NCBI GenBank assembly: GCA_965602015.1
Contig: OZ271918.1
Location: 2,720,001-2,784,000, forward strand
Length of the DNA: 64,000 nt
Direction: 5' to 3'
Source of the DNA: Salinispira sp.
Lineage (GTDB): Bacteria > Spirochaetota > Spirochaetia > DSM-27196 > Salinispiraceae
Positions 10,080 through 20,934 of the stretch are shown piece after piece. Position numbers and translations under genes: made by a program. A model generated the notes under the pieces. That model saw only the letters and a program-made list of their open reading frames with translations. It made no database searches and was not told the origin of the DNA. Each line of letters begins with the position of its first letter. Position 1 is the first letter of the stretch.

Positions 10080-10417
10080 TAATTTCCTCGGTATTTTCGG
10101 CGCAGGGCCGCATCGGGTCGGTAGTATTTTCGCGTGGATGAGACCGGCCCGGTTCCGCTGAGCCGGTTTATCATTATGGAGATTGCCGAATCGACCTGTT
10201 CGTCCCGGATTTTTACCTGTTCCAGGCGGCCGAGCTGCAGGTTGACCCGGCGGGCCTTGCTCTCAGCAATATAACTGAGAACAAGCGCCCGGTCAGGCGC
10301 AGCCAGATAATACATGGCCAGCGCCAGATCAAGGTCGTCCATGCGCATAAGGGCATTTTGCACCTGAACAAAGGGCTGGCGCTGGATTTCATCTAAAATA
10401 CGCTTGTTTCTGTCCAT
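10079..10417 (-). CDS. Stand-alone FliG C-terminal-like protein
   Basis: 112-aa helical protein with a vqnALmrmD..dLAlAm / s..kA / v...qV..A pattern resembling FliG_C. Confidence 0.5.
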   Translation of the reverse strand: MDRNKRILDEIQRQPFVQVQNALMRMDDLDLALAMYYLAAPDRALVLSYIAESKARRVNLQLGRLEQVKIRDEQVDSAISIMINRLSGTGPVSSTRKYYRPDAALRRKYRGN

Positions 10418-10442
10418 TCTATCGCCGGGGCAGGAACCGGTG

Positions 10443-11684
10443 TTATTCCCGGATCCACCTGAAAATTTCCCCCAGACTCGCCTTTTTTCCCGTCATGAGA
10501 ATGCCGGTTCGAAATATCCTCGCGGCCATAAGACCGACCAGAACGATGGATGCCATCAGTATACCAGCAGAAAGCAGAATCTGGTACCAGGGAATCGCTG
10601 CGGAAGTAGAGCGCATTACCATGACGAGCGGGCTGGTCATGGGAAAGAGGCTGAGTCCCACCGCAAGGTTGCTTTGAGGATTCATGGCAATGGGCACGAA
10701 CATCATCAAGGGTACGATGAGGAATATTATGAGGGGCATGCCCAGCTGACCGACCTGCTGCTCGTCCCGGCTGGCCGCCCCTATAGCTGAGTAGAAGGAT
10801 GCATACAGCAGGAAACCCAGGAGGAAAAATAGCAGCAAGATTCCCAAGCTGCCCAGGCCGACACCCGCAGGGAGCCCGATACCAAAAAGCTGATTAACCG
10901 CGCCGCCCAACAGGAGAACCGCGGATATCCATAAAAGATACTGGAAGATGCCTGCCGCCCCGATTCCCAGTATTTTTCCCAGCATCAGCTCGTCGGCGTT
11001 AACCGAACTCATCATGAGTTCAACGGTCTTGCTGGTTTTTTCGAGCACCACCGACCGGCCGATTATCTGACCGTAGAACAGGATGGTCATGTACAGGAGC
11101 ATGGAAAGGGTAATCACCAGGAAGATGGTATCGTCCGGACTGGCATCGCTGGCGGTCTCCTCCCCGCCCTGGCCCATGGTGCTGACGGACAAGGCCGGCT
11201 GAGCTGTCAGATCGGCGGCGATCTCCCGGGATATACCGTAGCGCTCAAGCTTTTCTTCGTATGCCAGGCTTCCCACCGCCGAACGAACGGCCTGATGGAT
11301 GTGGTACTGGGTGTCGGTGGTGCCCAGATAGGAGATGGCATCGAGATCGGCATTAACCCGGATCACTCCGTCAACTTCATCTTCCGCCAAAAGCCCCCGG
11401 CCTGTTTCCTGGCTCCCCACCGGGATGAGATCGATATACCCCCCCTGGAGATTCAGTTGATCCTGTATGCGATTCGGGAGCTCGGAGCCCGGCGGGCTCA
11501 CCATGGCCAGAACGGTGTTATCGTCGAGGCTGAACGGATCGCTGGCGATGACGCTGGGAAGCACCGAGACTGCCACGATAAACAGCGGACCAAGGACGGT
11601 GCTGAGCCAAAATGCCTTGGTAAATGCGGTGCTGCGGAAATGCTGCGCGGCTATTATGCGGATTTTATTAAGCGTGGTTTTCAT
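10443..11684 (-). CDS. ABC-2 type transporter permease (NatB-like)
   Basis: EKTSKTVELMMSSV...LMLGKILG motif, N-terminal TM, extracellular loop and five C-terminal TMs. Confidence 0.88.
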   Translation of the reverse strand: MKTTLNKIRIIAAQHFRSTAFTKAFWLSTVLGPLFIVAVSVLPSVIASDPFSLDDNTVLAMVSPPGSELPNRIQDQLNLQGGYIDLIPVGSQETGRGLLAEDEVDGVIRVNADLDAISYLGTTDTQYHIHQAVRSAVGSLAYEEKLERYGISREIAADLTAQPALSVSTMGQGGEETASDASPDDTIFLVITLSMLLYMTILFYGQIIGRSVVLEKTSKTVELMMSSVNADELMLGKILGIGAAGIFQYLLWISAVLLLGGAVNQLFGIGLPAGVGLGSLGILLLFFLLGFLLYASFYSAIGAASRDEQQVGQLGMPLIIFLIVPLMMFVPIAMNPQSNLAVGLSLFPMTSPLVMVMRSTSAAIPWYQILLSAGILMASIVLVGLMAARIFRTGILMTGKKASLGEIFRWIRE

Positions 11685-12588
11685 GCTCTTCTCCCTTCTT
11701 CTCCCCGAGGAGGTCTGAGTAAATTGCGTGGAGCGACGGGCTTTTTTGCTCGAAGCGGCGAATATTCAATGTCTTCATAAGTTTGGCGAGAATGGCATTG
11801 CTGTCGGCTCCGGGCTCAAGAGTCAGTTCTCGGGATTTGGGGAAACTGATCACCGATTGTACCCCCGGCAGTTCGCCGGCGGGCGGGAACTCTCCGTCGG
11901 CCTCAACGTAGAGGGTGTTGTTTCCCAATTCCCGTTTTATCGATGAGAGCTCGCCGTTCACCAGCTGATTGCCCTTATTGAGAATACAGATATCGTCGCA
12001 GATTTTTTCAGCGTGATCCATGATGTGGGTGGAAAAGAGGACTGTCCGGCCTTCGCGTTTCATTTCCGACAAGATCTCGAGCATGAGGTTCTGACTTATG
12101 GGGTCCAAACCGCTGAACGGCTCATCCAGGATTATCAGATCGGGCTTGTGGATAAGCGAGATAATAAATTGCAGTTTTTGGGCCATGCCCTTGCTGAGAT
12201 CTTCAATTTTACGGCCGGCATATTCCTCGAGACCAAAGCGACTGAGCCATTCCCGGATGTCCCGGCTTAACTCCTCGCTTTTCCCCCGGCCTTTCAGGCT
12301 GGCGAAATACTCCAGGGCTTCGGCGCATTTCATTTTCGGATACAGCCCCCGCTCTTCGGGTAGATAGCCTATGCGCTCCCGGTCCTCCCGTTGAAGCCGG
12401 CGGCCGAGAAAGCGCACCTCGCCGCTGTCCGGCGCGATGATGTTAAGAATCATCCGAATGGTTGTGGACTTGCCGGCTCCGTTGGGTCCGAGAAGCCCAA
12501 AAATTCGCCCTTTTTCAAGTTTTATGCTGAGCCCGTCGACGGCCCGGACGTCTCCAAATTCCTTGGTGACCTCTAACAAGTCAATCAC
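11668..12588 (-). CDS. ABC transporter ATP-binding protein (NatA-like)
   Basis: Walker A GPNGAGKS, signature LSKGM, Walker B ILDEP. GTG start at 12588 follows an AGGAGG RBS. Confidence 0.92.
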   Translation of the reverse strand: MIDLLEVTKEFGDVRAVDGLSIKLEKGRIFGLLGPNGAGKSTTIRMILNIIAPDSGEVRFLGRRLQREDRERIGYLPEERGLYPKMKCAEALEYFASLKGRGKSEELSRDIREWLSRFGLEEYAGRKIEDLSKGMAQKLQFIISLIHKPDLIILDEPFSGLDPISQNLMLEILSEMKREGRTVLFSTHIMDHAEKICDDICILNKGNQLVNGELSSIKRELGNNTLYVEADGEFPPAGELPGVQSVISFPKSRELTLEPGADSNAILAKLMKTLNIRRFEQKSPSLHAIYSDLLGEKKGEEHENHA

Positions 12589-12699
12589 ATGTCCTCCTGC
12601 ACTTCTTTCTTCGTATGCGCTGTTGTACCCGCCGCCGCGGGAAATATTCGAAGGCCCTTGAACGCCCGCAATCCAACACCTATTATTAGGCCAGCATAT

Positions 12700-14217
12700 A
12701 TGGAACAGACGATACTCTGGTACGACCTCGAAACATTCGGCAGAAACCCTTATCACGACCGCATTGCTCAATTCGCCGCGCTGCGCACGGATTACTCCTT
12801 CGCACCAGTGGGCGAACCGTTGGTTCTCTACGCCAAGCCCGCTGACGACTACCTGCCGGACCCCGAAGCCTGCCTGGTCACCGGCATAACGCCCGGAGTC
12901 TGCCGGGAAAAGGGAATTCCCGAGTACCAGTTCGCCCTCCGCATCTTCGAAGAGATGATGGTACCGGGAACCACCGTTGCCGGGTACAACAGCATTCAAT
13001 TCGACGATGAGTTTATCAGGAATCTGTTTTACCGCAACCTGCTTGATCCGTATCTGCGGGAATACAGCCAGGGAAACAGCCGATGGGACCTGATAAACCT
13101 GATGCGGGCCACCCGTGACCTTCGCCCCCAGGGCATCGAATGGCCCGAGGACAAGGACGGGAGGCCCCTGTTCAAACTCGAGCAGCTTACAGAAGCCAAC
13201 GGCATCGGTCATCAAAATGCCCACGATGCCCTGGCAGATGTGTACGCCACCATCGACATGGCCCGTCTTGTTAAGGAAAAACAACCCCGGCTGTTCCACT
13301 GGGCATTCAAAACCCGCTACAAAACCGAACTGCGAAAACTGTTCGACCTGAACAGTCGGCCGGCCCTGGTGCACAGCGCGGCCTATCTCACGCGGGAGGA
13401 AGGCACCACTACGCTGATCTGCCCGCTGGGGGTACCGGGGGAACGGGCGCGCCAGGGACGGGACACCCTGGTCTGCGCCGACCTGCGCTACAATCCCGAA
13501 GAACTGGTCAAGCTATCGGTTGAAGAGATTCGGGACAGGGTTTTCCTGCCGTCGGCCCGGGAGGACAAACGTCATCGCCGCTTCCCCCTCTATCAGATAA
13601 AAATAAACAAGGGCCCCTTCATCGCCCCGTTAAACACCCTGAGCGACAAACGGGCCTCGGCCCTTGGCATCGACGTCGACGCCTGCCTGAGACACCGGGA
13701 AATACTTCTGGCCAACCGGGATTTAAGCGCACGGATCCGCGAAGTCTTTAATGAACCGCCGAAATCAACCCTCCCGAATGATCCGGATTACCAGATTTAC
13801 AGCGGCGGCTTCATAAGCGACAAAGACAGGGAAACCCTGAGCTACGTCAGAAGCGGACTTGAAGACATACTCCTGGCTTCGGATTCCGACAAGCCCTCCC
13901 TGGTTCGCTCATTTCTGGCTGACCGGGAGCGTCTGCCCCTTGAAGACCGGGACAGGATAACCAAGCTCATCAGCCGGGTTCTTGGCCGGAGCTTTAGCCC
14001 CTGGCTGCCCGAGCGCAGCGCCCAGAGCTGGCGTGAATTCTGTCAGAACCGCATCCTGTTTCCCCTGCTGGATGAAGCCATGGATATGCAGAAGGTTCAG
14101 CGGGAAATACAGCGTAAAATCGATGATCCGGCCACCGGAGTGCGGGGCAAGATAGTGCTCAAGGAGCTGCGGGAATATATCGATGAAGTAAAGAGACGTA
14201 CCCTGGAGGTAACATGA
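12700..14217 (+). CDS. sbcB: Exodeoxyribonuclease I
   Basis: DEDDh motifs YDLETFG, GYNSIQFDDEF and HDALADV, plus NSRWDL and YSGGF. Start taken at MEQTIL. Confidence 0.9.
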   Translation: MEQTILWYDLETFGRNPYHDRIAQFAALRTDYSFAPVGEPLVLYAKPADDYLPDPEACLVTGITPGVCREKGIPEYQFALRIFEEMMVPGTTVAGYNSIQFDDEFIRNLFYRNLLDPYLREYSQGNSRWDLINLMRATRDLRPQGIEWPEDKDGRPLFKLEQLTEANGIGHQNAHDALADVYATIDMARLVKEKQPRLFHWAFKTRYKTELRKLFDLNSRPALVHSAAYLTREEGTTTLICPLGVPGERARQGRDTLVCADLRYNPEELVKLSVEEIRDRVFLPSAREDKRHRRFPLYQIKINKGPFIAPLNTLSDKRASALGIDVDACLRHREILLANRDLSARIREVFNEPPKSTLPNDPDYQIYSGGFISDKDRETLSYVRSGLEDILLASDSDKPSLVRSFLADRERLPLEDRDRITKLISRVLGRSFSPWLPERSAQSWREFCQNRILFPLLDEAMDMQKVQREIQRKIDDPATGVRGKIVLKELREYIDEVKRRTLEVT

Positions 14218-16958
14218 CGGGGCTTCTCTCCCGCGCGAAGGAACTCCGCAGACAACTCGGCTTATCCGTACCCGTCGATCAGGCCCGATCCGGCGGCGAC
14301 GGGCTTGAAGGGGTGTCTGAGGAAGAACTCGAGAGCATAAACAGGAAAATAGACCAGGTAGCCTCCGCCAACAGGATAAACGTCTCTGGCGACACTTTCC
14401 GCATCGCCGCCGCAAAAAAAGGCCTGGCACTGCCGGTGCTGGTCAATCTGGGCAGCCTACTGGTGCTGGCCGCCGGCGTAGGCCTCATGCTCCTGTTCTT
14501 CCAGCAATCGGAAACAAACCTCGAACGGGAAATCCGTAGTCTGAGCTCGACGGAAGGCCGATTGCTTGAAGTTCTCCGTCAGGAAGCGGAGGCGAACCTT
14601 GCGGCCAAAGAAGCGGAAATCGCCGCCATTCAGGGACAGCTGGCCCGAATTCAAACAGAACGCGACAGTCTTGCCAGGGATTTCGAGCAGCGCATCGCGG
14701 ACCGGGAGACCCAGCTGCGCTCGGCTTTGGAGGCCGAACTGGAGGTCGAGCGCCAGAGGCTTCGGGAACAGGGCTTGAGCCCCGCCGAGGTTGAAGCGGA
14801 GATCGCCCGTTTGCGGGCCGAGAAAGAGACCGCCCTGGCCCAGGCCCTGGCCCAATACCGCAGCGATCTTCAAACTGAACGCGAGCAGGCCGAGGCAGCC
14901 CTCGCCCAGGTCGAAGCCGAAGCCGCGGCCGAACTGGCCGCCGCCAATGCGATACGAACCGAACTTCAAGCCGAGGCCCGTCAGCGGGAAGCCGAACTCC
15001 AGGCTCAGCTCGAAGAAGCGCGGCGGGAAAACCGAGCCGAACTCGAACAGGCCAGCGAGCAGGTCCGGGAGGCCCAGGCGGCCCTGGAACAGCTCAATGC
15101 CCGCCGGGAGCAGGAGCAGGCGCTGGGCTCCCAACTCAGCGGCTTGTACAACCAAATTCGAACCCAGGTCAACGGAGAAAACTATGAGCAGGCCGAAGCC
15201 ACCATCGGCCAGCTTAAGAATTTCCTGAATTCCCCCCAGTTCCTTTCATCCGAGAACCTCGCCCAGCGCCGGGAAACCGAGGTGTTCCTGGCCAACGCCC
15301 TGTCGGAACTGATAACCACCAGCCGCAGAAGGTCGGGAGAAACCGCTTCGCTGGCCCAGACCGCATCCTTGGTTACCCAGATTCGGGAAATGTACGGCGA
15401 AGCCCGGAATCTGGACAGCGCCGGTCAACGGGAGCAGGCCCTCGAACTCTATCGGGAAGCCATCAGCCTGGTCCCGGAAATCTCCCGGGCGTACGAGGAA
15501 GTCCAACTGGAAAACCGGCGGGAGTTCGAGAGCGAAATATCTGAAGCGGTGGCGCAGCGGGAATCCGAGACCTCCCGGAATCTCGAAGAGCAATATCTCG
15601 ATCAATTGAGGCAGCTGGAAGCCCGCCTCACTCAGGAAATCGAACTTGGGCGGCAACGAATTGCCGAGCAGGAAGCGCTTATCAGCCTTCAGAGCACTCA
15701 GCTTTCCGAGAGCCGTGAAACCATTGACGGTCAAATTTCAACAATAGAATCCCAGAACGCCAGCATAACCGGACTTCAGAACCGGGTTGGCAGTCTCGGC
15801 CAGCGGATCGCCGAACTGGAGGGAGAGCTGGAAACCCGGACGGATGATTTACTCGCTCTCCAGGAAGATTATCGCGAACTCGAAGCCCTGGGGAGGGCCA
15901 TCGATAACCAGGCGGAAAACCTGAGCAATGACGTGGCTACCCTGCAGACTCAAATTCTCGCCCGAAATCAGCAGATCGCCGGACAGAACGAAGAAATATC
16001 CGCCCTCGAAGAACAAGTGCGCAGCCTTCAGGCCAGCCTGGATAGCAGCAGGGAAGAACTGTCAGCGGCACAGGCAAATCTTCAGGAGCTCGAGACTGAC
16101 GGAGAGGATGATGAACAGATCATTGCAGAGCTTCGCAGCCTGCTCGGTGCAGCCCGGGATGAGCTCGCCGCCCTCCGGCCGCAAAATCAGGAAAACCTCG
16201 GGCGAATCGCCGACCTTGAAAGCCGGATTGCCGAGCTGGAGTCCGCCGCAGCGGAGGGGGACGCCGCTGCCGACCAGGCGGGGCTCACTGAACTCCAGGA
16301 AGCCGAGCTGGAATCCCTGAGAACCAGAGTTGCCGAGCTTGAAAACCTGGAAAACCAGGTGAGCGCCATCCAGAGCCAGCGCGACGCCGCTCAACAGGAT
16401 CTCGACGAGATAAGAACTCTCCGCGACGATCTGGAGGAACGAATAGCCGCCCTGGAACAGCAGAACCGTGACCTGGATTCCCAGCTCGACGCGGCTACCA
16501 CCGCAGGCTCCAGGATATCCCGGGCGGCTTCCCAGCAGATAGCCGAACTCGAAACCCGCATCGATGTTCTGCAGCGCATCGCCGACAGTTATGATGAGAT
16601 GGTCGCTTCCTACCGGAATTTTCGCAGTGAAGAAGAAAGGCTTCTGGGGGATTCAGGACAGGCCGGAAGCCTGTCGCTGCTCCAGGCCCGAATCGCCCTG
16701 GACCGCTTCCTCGGGCAGGAAGATGTACAGGCGGCGTTTCCCGGAATCTACCAGCGCATCGAAGCGTACAATCAGGCCTTCCAGACTGCCGGGGAGGCTG
16801 AAGTCCTCTTTCTCATGATTGACGAACTGGCGGCGGTGCAGTCATATCCCAGCCCCCGGGCTCAGGCCGAATATGTAAGAGAGCAAATATCTGAAAGCGA
16901 TGATCCCGCCCGGACTGAGCTCTATCAGATTCTCCTGGATATCATCGAGAACCGCTGA
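14214..16958 (+). CDS. Membrane-anchored long coiled-coil protein
   Basis: One TM near residues 70-95 followed by about 700 aa of E/Q/A/R/L-rich heptads. No Walker motifs. ATGA overlap with the sbcB stop. Confidence 0.75.
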   Translation: MTGLLSRAKELRRQLGLSVPVDQARSGGDGLEGVSEEELESINRKIDQVASANRINVSGDTFRIAAAKKGLALPVLVNLGSLLVLAAGVGLMLLFFQQSETNLEREIRSLSSTEGRLLEVLRQEAEANLAAKEAEIAAIQGQLARIQTERDSLARDFEQRIADRETQLRSALEAELEVERQRLREQGLSPAEVEAEIARLRAEKETALAQALAQYRSDLQTEREQAEAALAQVEAEAAAELAAANAIRTELQAEARQREAELQAQLEEARRENRAELEQASEQVREAQAALEQLNARREQEQALGSQLSGLYNQIRTQVNGENYEQAEATIGQLKNFLNSPQFLSSENLAQRRETEVFLANALSELITTSRRRSGETASLAQTASLVTQIREMYGEARNLDSAGQREQALELYREAISLVPEISRAYEEVQLENRREFESEISEAVAQRESETSRNLEEQYLDQLRQLEARLTQEIELGRQRIAEQEALISLQSTQLSESRETIDGQISTIESQNASITGLQNRVGSLGQRIAELEGELETRTDDLLALQEDYRELEALGRAIDNQAENLSNDVATLQTQILARNQQIAGQNEEISALEEQVRSLQASLDSSREELSAAQANLQELETDGEDDEQIIAELRSLLGAARDELAALRPQNQENLGRIADLESRIAELESAAAEGDAAADQAGLTELQEAELESLRTRVAELENLENQVSAIQSQRDAAQQDLDEIRTLRDDLEERIAALEQQNRDLDSQLDAATTAGSRISRAASQQIAELETRIDVLQRIADSYDEMVASYRNFRSEEERLLGDSGQAGSLSLLQARIALDRFLGQEDVQAAFPGIYQRIEAYNQAFQTAGEAEVLFLMIDELAAVQSYPSPRAQAEYVREQISESDDPARTELYQILLDIIENR

Positions 16959-16970
16959 CAACCTTCAGAA

Positions 16971-18326
16971 TCAGTATCCCATTATCTCGAGAAAATCCGC
17001 CGTGGGAATGCTGTAATTGCGGGACTGCAGAACCAGATTGTCTTCATCGCCCCCGGAGAACAGGGCCCGGAAGCTCAGCATGTATATGCCGTCCCGCACA
17101 TCCCGATACTCCCGGAGGAACTCTAACAGGCCTGGGTTCTGTACCAGTCTGGAGGCATCGCCCTCTCGGTAGAACACCCACATTCCCTCGTCGGTGAGGA
17201 ACCACAGGGTGCCGTCGCTTAACACCGTCAGCAGGCGGCCGGGAATCGGGCCTTCATCGTCGGCGATTGCCTCCAAGGAGCTTTCGATCATGCCCCCCGG
17301 GGCTGCCTGCCCGCGGTCCCAGCCGAACGTGGCGTATTCTGCCCTCTCCAGTTCCACTACCGACAGATAACTTCTGGGGACATCGCCGTCGGGTCCCCGG
17401 TGGTACAGTCCCTCCCGGGAATACCGCGGGTTCGTTCCGTCGAACTCATCGAGGCTGAATTCGATCTTGGTTTCGAGAAAGGGCGGGTCCAGGGCAAAGG
17501 ATGCGGCGGCGGGAACCGAAAAATCGAAAGTATACTGTTGCAGGGCTTCGTAGACCGCGCCGTTTCGATAGTAAAACATTAGATAGCCGAAAGAGCCGCT
17601 TTCGGGATCTTCGGCATCGACACCGAGGAGGGCGGCGGAGCTGCCGTCGAATCCTTCCCCGGGATATTCGGCGGCGAATGGAAGAAGGGGCTGGAAAAAC
17701 GTCCAGCGCTGAGCGCCGGCGGGGACGAAGGGCCTCAGGGGTTGATACTGGTCCCCGGAAACAGACGCATCGGAAGCCACCACCGGGGAAACCGCCCATC
17801 CGCCGGTTTCTCCGTCGAAATTACGGCGCACCAGCAGTAAACCGTCTCCCAGTCCCTCCCGTGAAATAGGCACGGCCCCGGTGAATCGCAGACCAAAATC
17901 ACTGCCCTCGCCGGTAATGCCGAAAAAATCCCATTGAGCTCCAAGCCCGCCGTCCAGGAACCCCTGCTCCAGGGTCTGTTCAAACTCATTGATATCATAG
18001 CTGATTTCGAATGGATCTTCCCCGGTGACTTGAAGATTGGCATTGCTCCCGTCGGCTTGAACTATGCGGACCCAGTCAAAACCCTGGGGTATGGTGAGAA
18101 ACAGCTGATTATATCCGGAATACGGCGAATGATAGGTATAAAACGGCTGGTAACCCCGGTTCAAAACTCCCGAGTCCACCCCTCGAAGCACAAAGTTCGA
18201 TTCCAGACTCATTGTATCAATTAAACGGGCCGCATAGCTGACGTCCGGCAGGAAGGGGGGCAGGGAACATGCGGCAAGGGTGAAAAACAGAAGGACCAGG
18301 AAGATACTCCGAATAGTAGTTCTCAT
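16971..18326 (-). CDS. Hypothetical lipoprotein
   Basis: MRTTIRSIFLVLLFFTLAAC lipobox, acidic and aromatic beta-rich mature part. Confidence 0.7.
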   Translation of the reverse strand: MRTTIRSIFLVLLFFTLAACSLPPFLPDVSYAARLIDTMSLESNFVLRGVDSGVLNRGYQPFYTYHSPYSGYNQLFLTIPQGFDWVRIVQADGSNANLQVTGEDPFEISYDINEFEQTLEQGFLDGGLGAQWDFFGITGEGSDFGLRFTGAVPISREGLGDGLLLVRRNFDGETGGWAVSPVVASDASVSGDQYQPLRPFVPAGAQRWTFFQPLLPFAAEYPGEGFDGSSAALLGVDAEDPESGSFGYLMFYYRNGAVYEALQQYTFDFSVPAAASFALDPPFLETKIEFSLDEFDGTNPRYSREGLYHRGPDGDVPRSYLSVVELERAEYATFGWDRGQAAPGGMIESSLEAIADDEGPIPGRLLTVLSDGTLWFLTDEGMWVFYREGDASRLVQNPGLLEFLREYRDVRDGIYMLSFRALFSGGDEDNLVLQSRNYSIPTADFLEIMGY

Positions 18327-19549
18327 AATCCAAACCTCATGCCCAGGGTCAGAAACGGCGGGCTCAGATACAGCAGTTGCGAAAGGGGAATGACATTCGA
18401 ACCACCGCCGCGGGTGAGAAACTCGCTGAGCTGGGGATCGAATAAAACGAGAAAAGGGAACGCCAGGGCGACATTGAGTTCGCTGTGCCTCCCGATTCGC
18501 CACACAAGTCCGTTTTCCAGCCGGATTTCAAGGGGGAACAGGGGGTCCACCAGCCAGGACTCTTCGGTAAGGATCCGGATAGATCCGTTGAGATCAAGAA
18601 CCGGCTGAATATCCAGGGGCCAAGGGAGGATATCCAGCCGCAGCCCCGCCTGTACCCCCGCACTAAGAAGCGGAATGCTGACAAGCAGGGCATCATCACC
18701 ATCCCTGCGGTCGCCGCTATCATAGGCCTGAATTCCCAGCTGATACGCGACCACATCCAGTCCCAGTCTCAGCCGGTCCTGCAAAAGGAGAACTCCTGCC
18801 CCGAATCGGGGAAATGAAATCATGTGAAGACCGGCGTACAGATACATGACATCCAGAGGCTCCTGGCGGGAGGACAAGTCGATTTGAGCGCTGTTCTGGA
18901 GGAAGAGCTCGGTTTCCTCCGGGAAGTACCCGCTTTTCTCCGCAAAAATGCTGTATGAGGCCGGAACCGCCAACTCGACAATCGCGAAGCCCTCAGCTCC
19001 GATGTCCAGCTTGAGTTCGCTGCCGTCGGGATTCGCAAAGGGTATTCGCAGATTGCTGCCCTCCTGCGCGATGATTCTCAGCCGGGCAGAATCCGTAATG
19101 GGATTGAGCCGGGCATCCAGCTCCTGAATTGCCTCATACCAGAAGCCCGCGAAAAGGTTCCGGTATTGGGGATCAACTTCGCCGTTCACCCTGAACCGTG
19201 ATATTTCGCTGCCCAGCAGGGCATCAAACAGGGTGAAATCCGCGGATAGATCCTGCATCTCACCGGAAAACCTCACCTCGAGAACCGAATCCGCTCCGTT
19301 AAGAACAGCCCGTTGGAACGAATCCAGCTCTCCGGCGGATTCAAGCCGGCGGTCCAGAATAAAATCAACGGACTCCACCTCATTCTGCATGCGCAATAAG
19401 AGGCTTTCCCGAATGACCTGCTGCTGTTCTTCGCTAAAGGATGAATCCCCGTCGAATTCCGAAAGGTAGAGACTGCGCCGGGCTTCCTGTGAGTAGGCGA
19501 AGGCAGCGGCAAAAAGCATGAATACAAAGAACATTCTCCGCACAATCAT
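18323..19549 (-). CDS. Secreted/outer-membrane protein with PEGA-like segment and putative C-terminal beta-barrel
   Basis: Signal peptide (AFAYS-QE), EKSGYFP segment, amphipathic strands ending LTLGMRFGL. Confidence 0.6.
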   Translation of the reverse strand: MIVRRMFFVFMLFAAAFAYSQEARRSLYLSEFDGDSSFSEEQQQVIRESLLLRMQNEVESVDFILDRRLESAGELDSFQRAVLNGADSVLEVRFSGEMQDLSADFTLFDALLGSEISRFRVNGEVDPQYRNLFAGFWYEAIQELDARLNPITDSARLRIIAQEGSNLRIPFANPDGSELKLDIGAEGFAIVELAVPASYSIFAEKSGYFPEETELFLQNSAQIDLSSRQEPLDVMYLYAGLHMISFPRFGAGVLLLQDRLRLGLDVVAYQLGIQAYDSGDRRDGDDALLVSIPLLSAGVQAGLRLDILPWPLDIQPVLDLNGSIRILTEESWLVDPLFPLEIRLENGLVWRIGRHSELNVALAFPFLVLFDPQLSEFLTRGGGSNVIPLSQLLYLSPPFLTLGMRFGL

Positions 19550-20934
19550 TCCCACTCCCCTGCACCTATTCCGAGCTGATAGATGCTGTGAGCTGCCCGG
19601 TTGTAGACATACCAGCGGCCGGCGGCCTCGGCGAAGGTGAGAGAGTAATCGCGCAGGAAATCCGGACTGTGAAACATATCCCAGAGCGAGAAAGACGAGA
19701 TTGCATCGATTCCGGTATTTTCGCTGCTCAGAGGCTGGATACCTCCGGGATTCAGACGATAGAGCTCAAGCCGGGCATTAAGGGGCGATAACCAGCCGTT
19801 GTCATCAGCCGGCCAGTTTTGCACGGCAAACAGCTCTCCGTCGAACTGGAATACCGGCAGGTCGCTGTCGATGTCTTGACGGGCGGGGATGACGATGTAC
19901 TCGTATCGATTAATTATGCCGCCGGGCAGATCCCCGGAAACATCATCAGGAAGGCTGTCGGCGGCCTGAAAGGGGAACAGCCCCTGATCCGCCAAATCTC
20001 CGTAGGGGAGAAAAAACATCAGATAGAACAGTTGCTGTCCGCCGGTCGACACGGCTATGACCGGCATAATGCGGTCATTAGCCCGATCGGTAATGACCTC
20101 GGCCAGACGGAAGTCGAAATCAAATCGATCCTCAAAGCCCTCCCATCCCAGCTTGTTAATTTCCAGTTGAGTTACCTGGAGGGGACTGGTAATAAGATGC
20201 ACGCTTCTGGCATCGAAGTCGGCATAATCATCGTAGAGGAAGTTGCTGTCTCCACCGGTTCCGTCGGGAAGCCGGTCTCCGTTCTCGTCCTCGCTGTACA
20301 ACAGGATGAGGCGCAGTTCCTCCTCGGGACCGACCACATGGGGATGGGAGGCCGGCAGCCGTCCGGCAACCACGACGTAGTCCCGATAGCGGGCCTCCGC
20401 GTCGGAATATACCGTCGCATATTGAAAATTTCTGTCCCAACGGCCGGAGAAGCGGTATTCGGGTTCAGCGGCGCCTTCGGTAAATCCCAGGGCGTTGCGG
20501 CCGAGGTCGAGGAAACCGCCGCCGAGTATCCGAAATTCGAAATTTCCCCCGGAGTACACCCAGCTGTCATAGCGGCCGAACACATCGTCCAGGGAGCGGC
20601 TGTCATAAATCAGCTCCAAATCCGGAGTGAAAACCAGTGCTCTTTCGGGTTCGATGGGGCCGCTTTGGTAACTGAGAACAAGGAGCTCGGTATAGCGATC
20701 GGTATTGCGATTAAGAAGGTAGCGGGCAAACCCATCCTCGGGCTGTACGGAGCGGAGTACGACTGACGATTCCTCATATACCTCCGGCAGCCCCTCAATT
20801 CTGCCAAGTTCCGCGCTGCGCTGAACGTAATTTAAGTATCCCGGCATTCCGCCCCGAAGGTTGAAATAGCCGCCGCATGCGGGAACCAGCAGCACAATCA
20901 AAATTACCAAGGCTGACTTATGCAAATTTACCAT
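19546..20934 (-). CDS. Hypothetical lipoprotein
   Basis: MVNLHKSALVILIVLLVPAC lipobox, acidic beta-rich body. Confidence 0.7.
   Translation of the reverse strand: MVNLHKSALVILIVLLVPACGGYFNLRGGMPGYLNYVQRSAELGRIEGLPEVYEESSVVLRSVQPEDGFARYLLNRNTDRYTELLVLSYQSGPIEPERALVFTPDLELIYDSRSLDDVFGRYDSWVYSGGNFEFRILGGGFLDLGRNALGFTEGAAEPEYRFSGRWDRNFQYATVYSDAEARYRDYVVVAGRLPASHPHVVGPEEELRLILLYSEDENGDRLPDGTGGDSNFLYDDYADFDARSVHLITSPLQVTQLEINKLGWEGFEDRFDFDFRLAEVITDRANDRIMPVIAVSTGGQQLFYLMFFLPYGDLADQGLFPFQAADSLPDDVSGDLPGGIINRYEYIVIPARQDIDSDLPVFQFDGELFAVQNWPADDNGWLSPLNARLELYRLNPGGIQPLSSENTGIDAISSFSLWDMFHSPDFLRDYSLTFAEAAGRWYVYNRAAHSIYQLGIGAGEWE

Noticed and set aside
12589..13374. Long N-terminal extension of the ABC ATPase in the ORF track
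   Set aside because: It is the antisense of sbcB. A GTG with an AGGAGG RBS at 12588 gives a normal-sized ATPase.
14214..16958. SMC/SbcC assignment for the coiled-coil protein
   Set aside because: No Walker A/B or signature motif, and it has a TM anchor.
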